Source: a bacterium
Lineage (GTDB): Bacteria > Zixibacteria > MSB-5A5 > GN15 > FEB-12
Direction of reading: 5' to 3'
DNA: 16,725 nt
NCBI GenBank assembly: GCA_043811375.1
Contig: JBDRNJ010000090.1
Coordinates: forward strand, 1-16,725
In this document: positions 15,887 to 16,725 of the stretch, piece by piece
Layout: each line of letters begins with the position of its first letter
Position numbering within the stretch: the first letter of the stretch is position 1
Made by a program: the position numbers and the translations under genes
The notes under the pieces: model-generated
Databases searched by the model: none
The model's input: only the letters and a program-made list of their open reading frames with translations
What the model was told of the DNA's origin: nothing

Positions 15887-16555
15887 ATGGATGTCACTTC
15901 AACACCCGAACACGGTAGACGCATCTCGGAATCAACCATACATCGTTTGTCGTTGTACTATCGGGCATTATCCCTTCTTGAGAAGGAAGATTTCGAGACC
16001 GTATCATCAAAGGAGTTAGCCAAACGGGAGAAGCTGACACCGGCCCAGGTGCGCAAGGACCTGTCCTTTTTCGGCTCATTCGGCACCCGGGGGCTGGGTT
16101 ATCCGGTTAAGGACCTGCGAACCAGAATAGCATCTATTCTCGGAATTGACAGGGTCTGGCGGGTGGCTCTGGTCGGGATCGGGAATATCGGCTCGGCACT
16201 GGTGAGCTACAAAGAGTTTCAGAAACAGGGATTTCAGATAATCAAACTTTTTGACAACGACCAGCGCAAGATCGGCTCCAACCACAAAGGCATCATTATC
16301 TCCGACATCAACGATCTGGCCTCCGAGATCAAGAAAAAGAAGCTGGAGATGGTCGTAATCGCGGTACCTGCCTCGGCAGCGCAGAAAGCCTGTGACTTGG
16401 CGGTCACTGCGGGCATTAAGGCCATCTTGAATTTCGCCCCGATCAACCTCAAGGTCCCCAAGGACGTTATCCTGCGGACGGAGAATATGGCGATGGAGAT
16501 CGAGTATCTGTCGTTCTTCCTGACCAACCGTTCCCGTATAGACCGGGTTTCGTAG
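15887..16555 (+). CDS. rex: Redox-sensing transcriptional repressor Rex
   Basis: Winged-helix region RLSLYYRAL...SSKELA...AQVRKDLSFFGSFGTRGLGY, Rossmann GIGNIGSAL, GIKAILNFAP; AAAGGA RBS upstream. Confidence 0.97.
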   Translation: MDVTSTPEHGRRISESTIHRLSLYYRALSLLEKEDFETVSSKELAKREKLTPAQVRKDLSFFGSFGTRGLGYPVKDLRTRIASILGIDRVWRVALVGIGNIGSALVSYKEFQKQGFQIIKLFDNDQRKIGSNHKGIIISDINDLASEIKKKKLEMVVIAVPASAAQKACDLAVTAGIKAILNFAPINLKVPKDVILRTENMAMEIEYLSFFLTNRSRIDRVS

Positions 16556-16576
16556 GATCCTTGCCCTCCACCGATC

Positions 16577-16604
16577 TTGACATAGACTTTCCGATGACTA
16601 TCTT
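16577..16604 (+). promoter_or_regulatory. Putative sigma70 promoter for the next gene
   Basis: TTGACA (16577-16582), 16 nt spacer, TATCTT (16599-16604). Confidence 0.6.
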
Positions 16605-16626
16605 TCCGCTGAGAGGTCATGGAATC

Positions 16627-16725
16627 ATGGATTTGCGCAGATTGATTGTCAGGCTATTGGTGGCAGCAGGGATTCTCCTGGGGAGTGCCACGCCGGCGCC
16701 GTCGGGGGGACGCGAATTGACGGCG
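16627..16725 (+). CDS. 5' fragment of a probable secreted protein (signal peptide), runs off the window
   Basis: MDLRRLIVRLLVAAGILLGSATPAPSGGRELTA: basic n-region, hydrophobic h-region, small-residue c-region; open to the window end and preceded by a promoter. Confidence 0.55.
   Translation, partial: MDLRRLIVRLLVAAGILLGSATPAPSGGRELTA

Overview
Bacterial chromosomal window, mostly housekeeping genes with a few accessory pieces. Left to right: (1) a large membrane-anchored KAP-family P-loop NTPase (+, probably truncated at the window edge) with an unusual His/Cys-rich N-terminal region; (2) a convergent minus-strand block tRNA-Leu(TAG)-tig-clpP-clpX-EamA/DMT transporter-NlpC/P60 peptidase; (3) an ~800 bp intergenic region with REP-like hairpins, a nested mini-repeat and the right-end remnant of an IS481-like element; (4) a two-gene DsrMK-like (HdrED-like) membrane redox module preceded by a sigma70 promoter and a near-perfect Rex operator; (5) minus-strand DivIVA-domain gene with a long acidic tail, yggS/PLPBP and a 397-aa hypothetical gene with a sigma28-like promoter; (6) alanine racemase, the redox sensor rex with its own Rex box, and the start of a secreted-protein gene. 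The most notable signals are a local Rex circuit controlling a stand-alone DsrMK-like pair whose cytochrome b subunit seems to have lost the distal-haem His pair, the KAP NTPase with an apparently duplicated inactive zincin-like domain (possible defence sensor), and a ClpP with Asn at the catalytic Asp position. All calls come from reading motifs by eye; no database searches were run.
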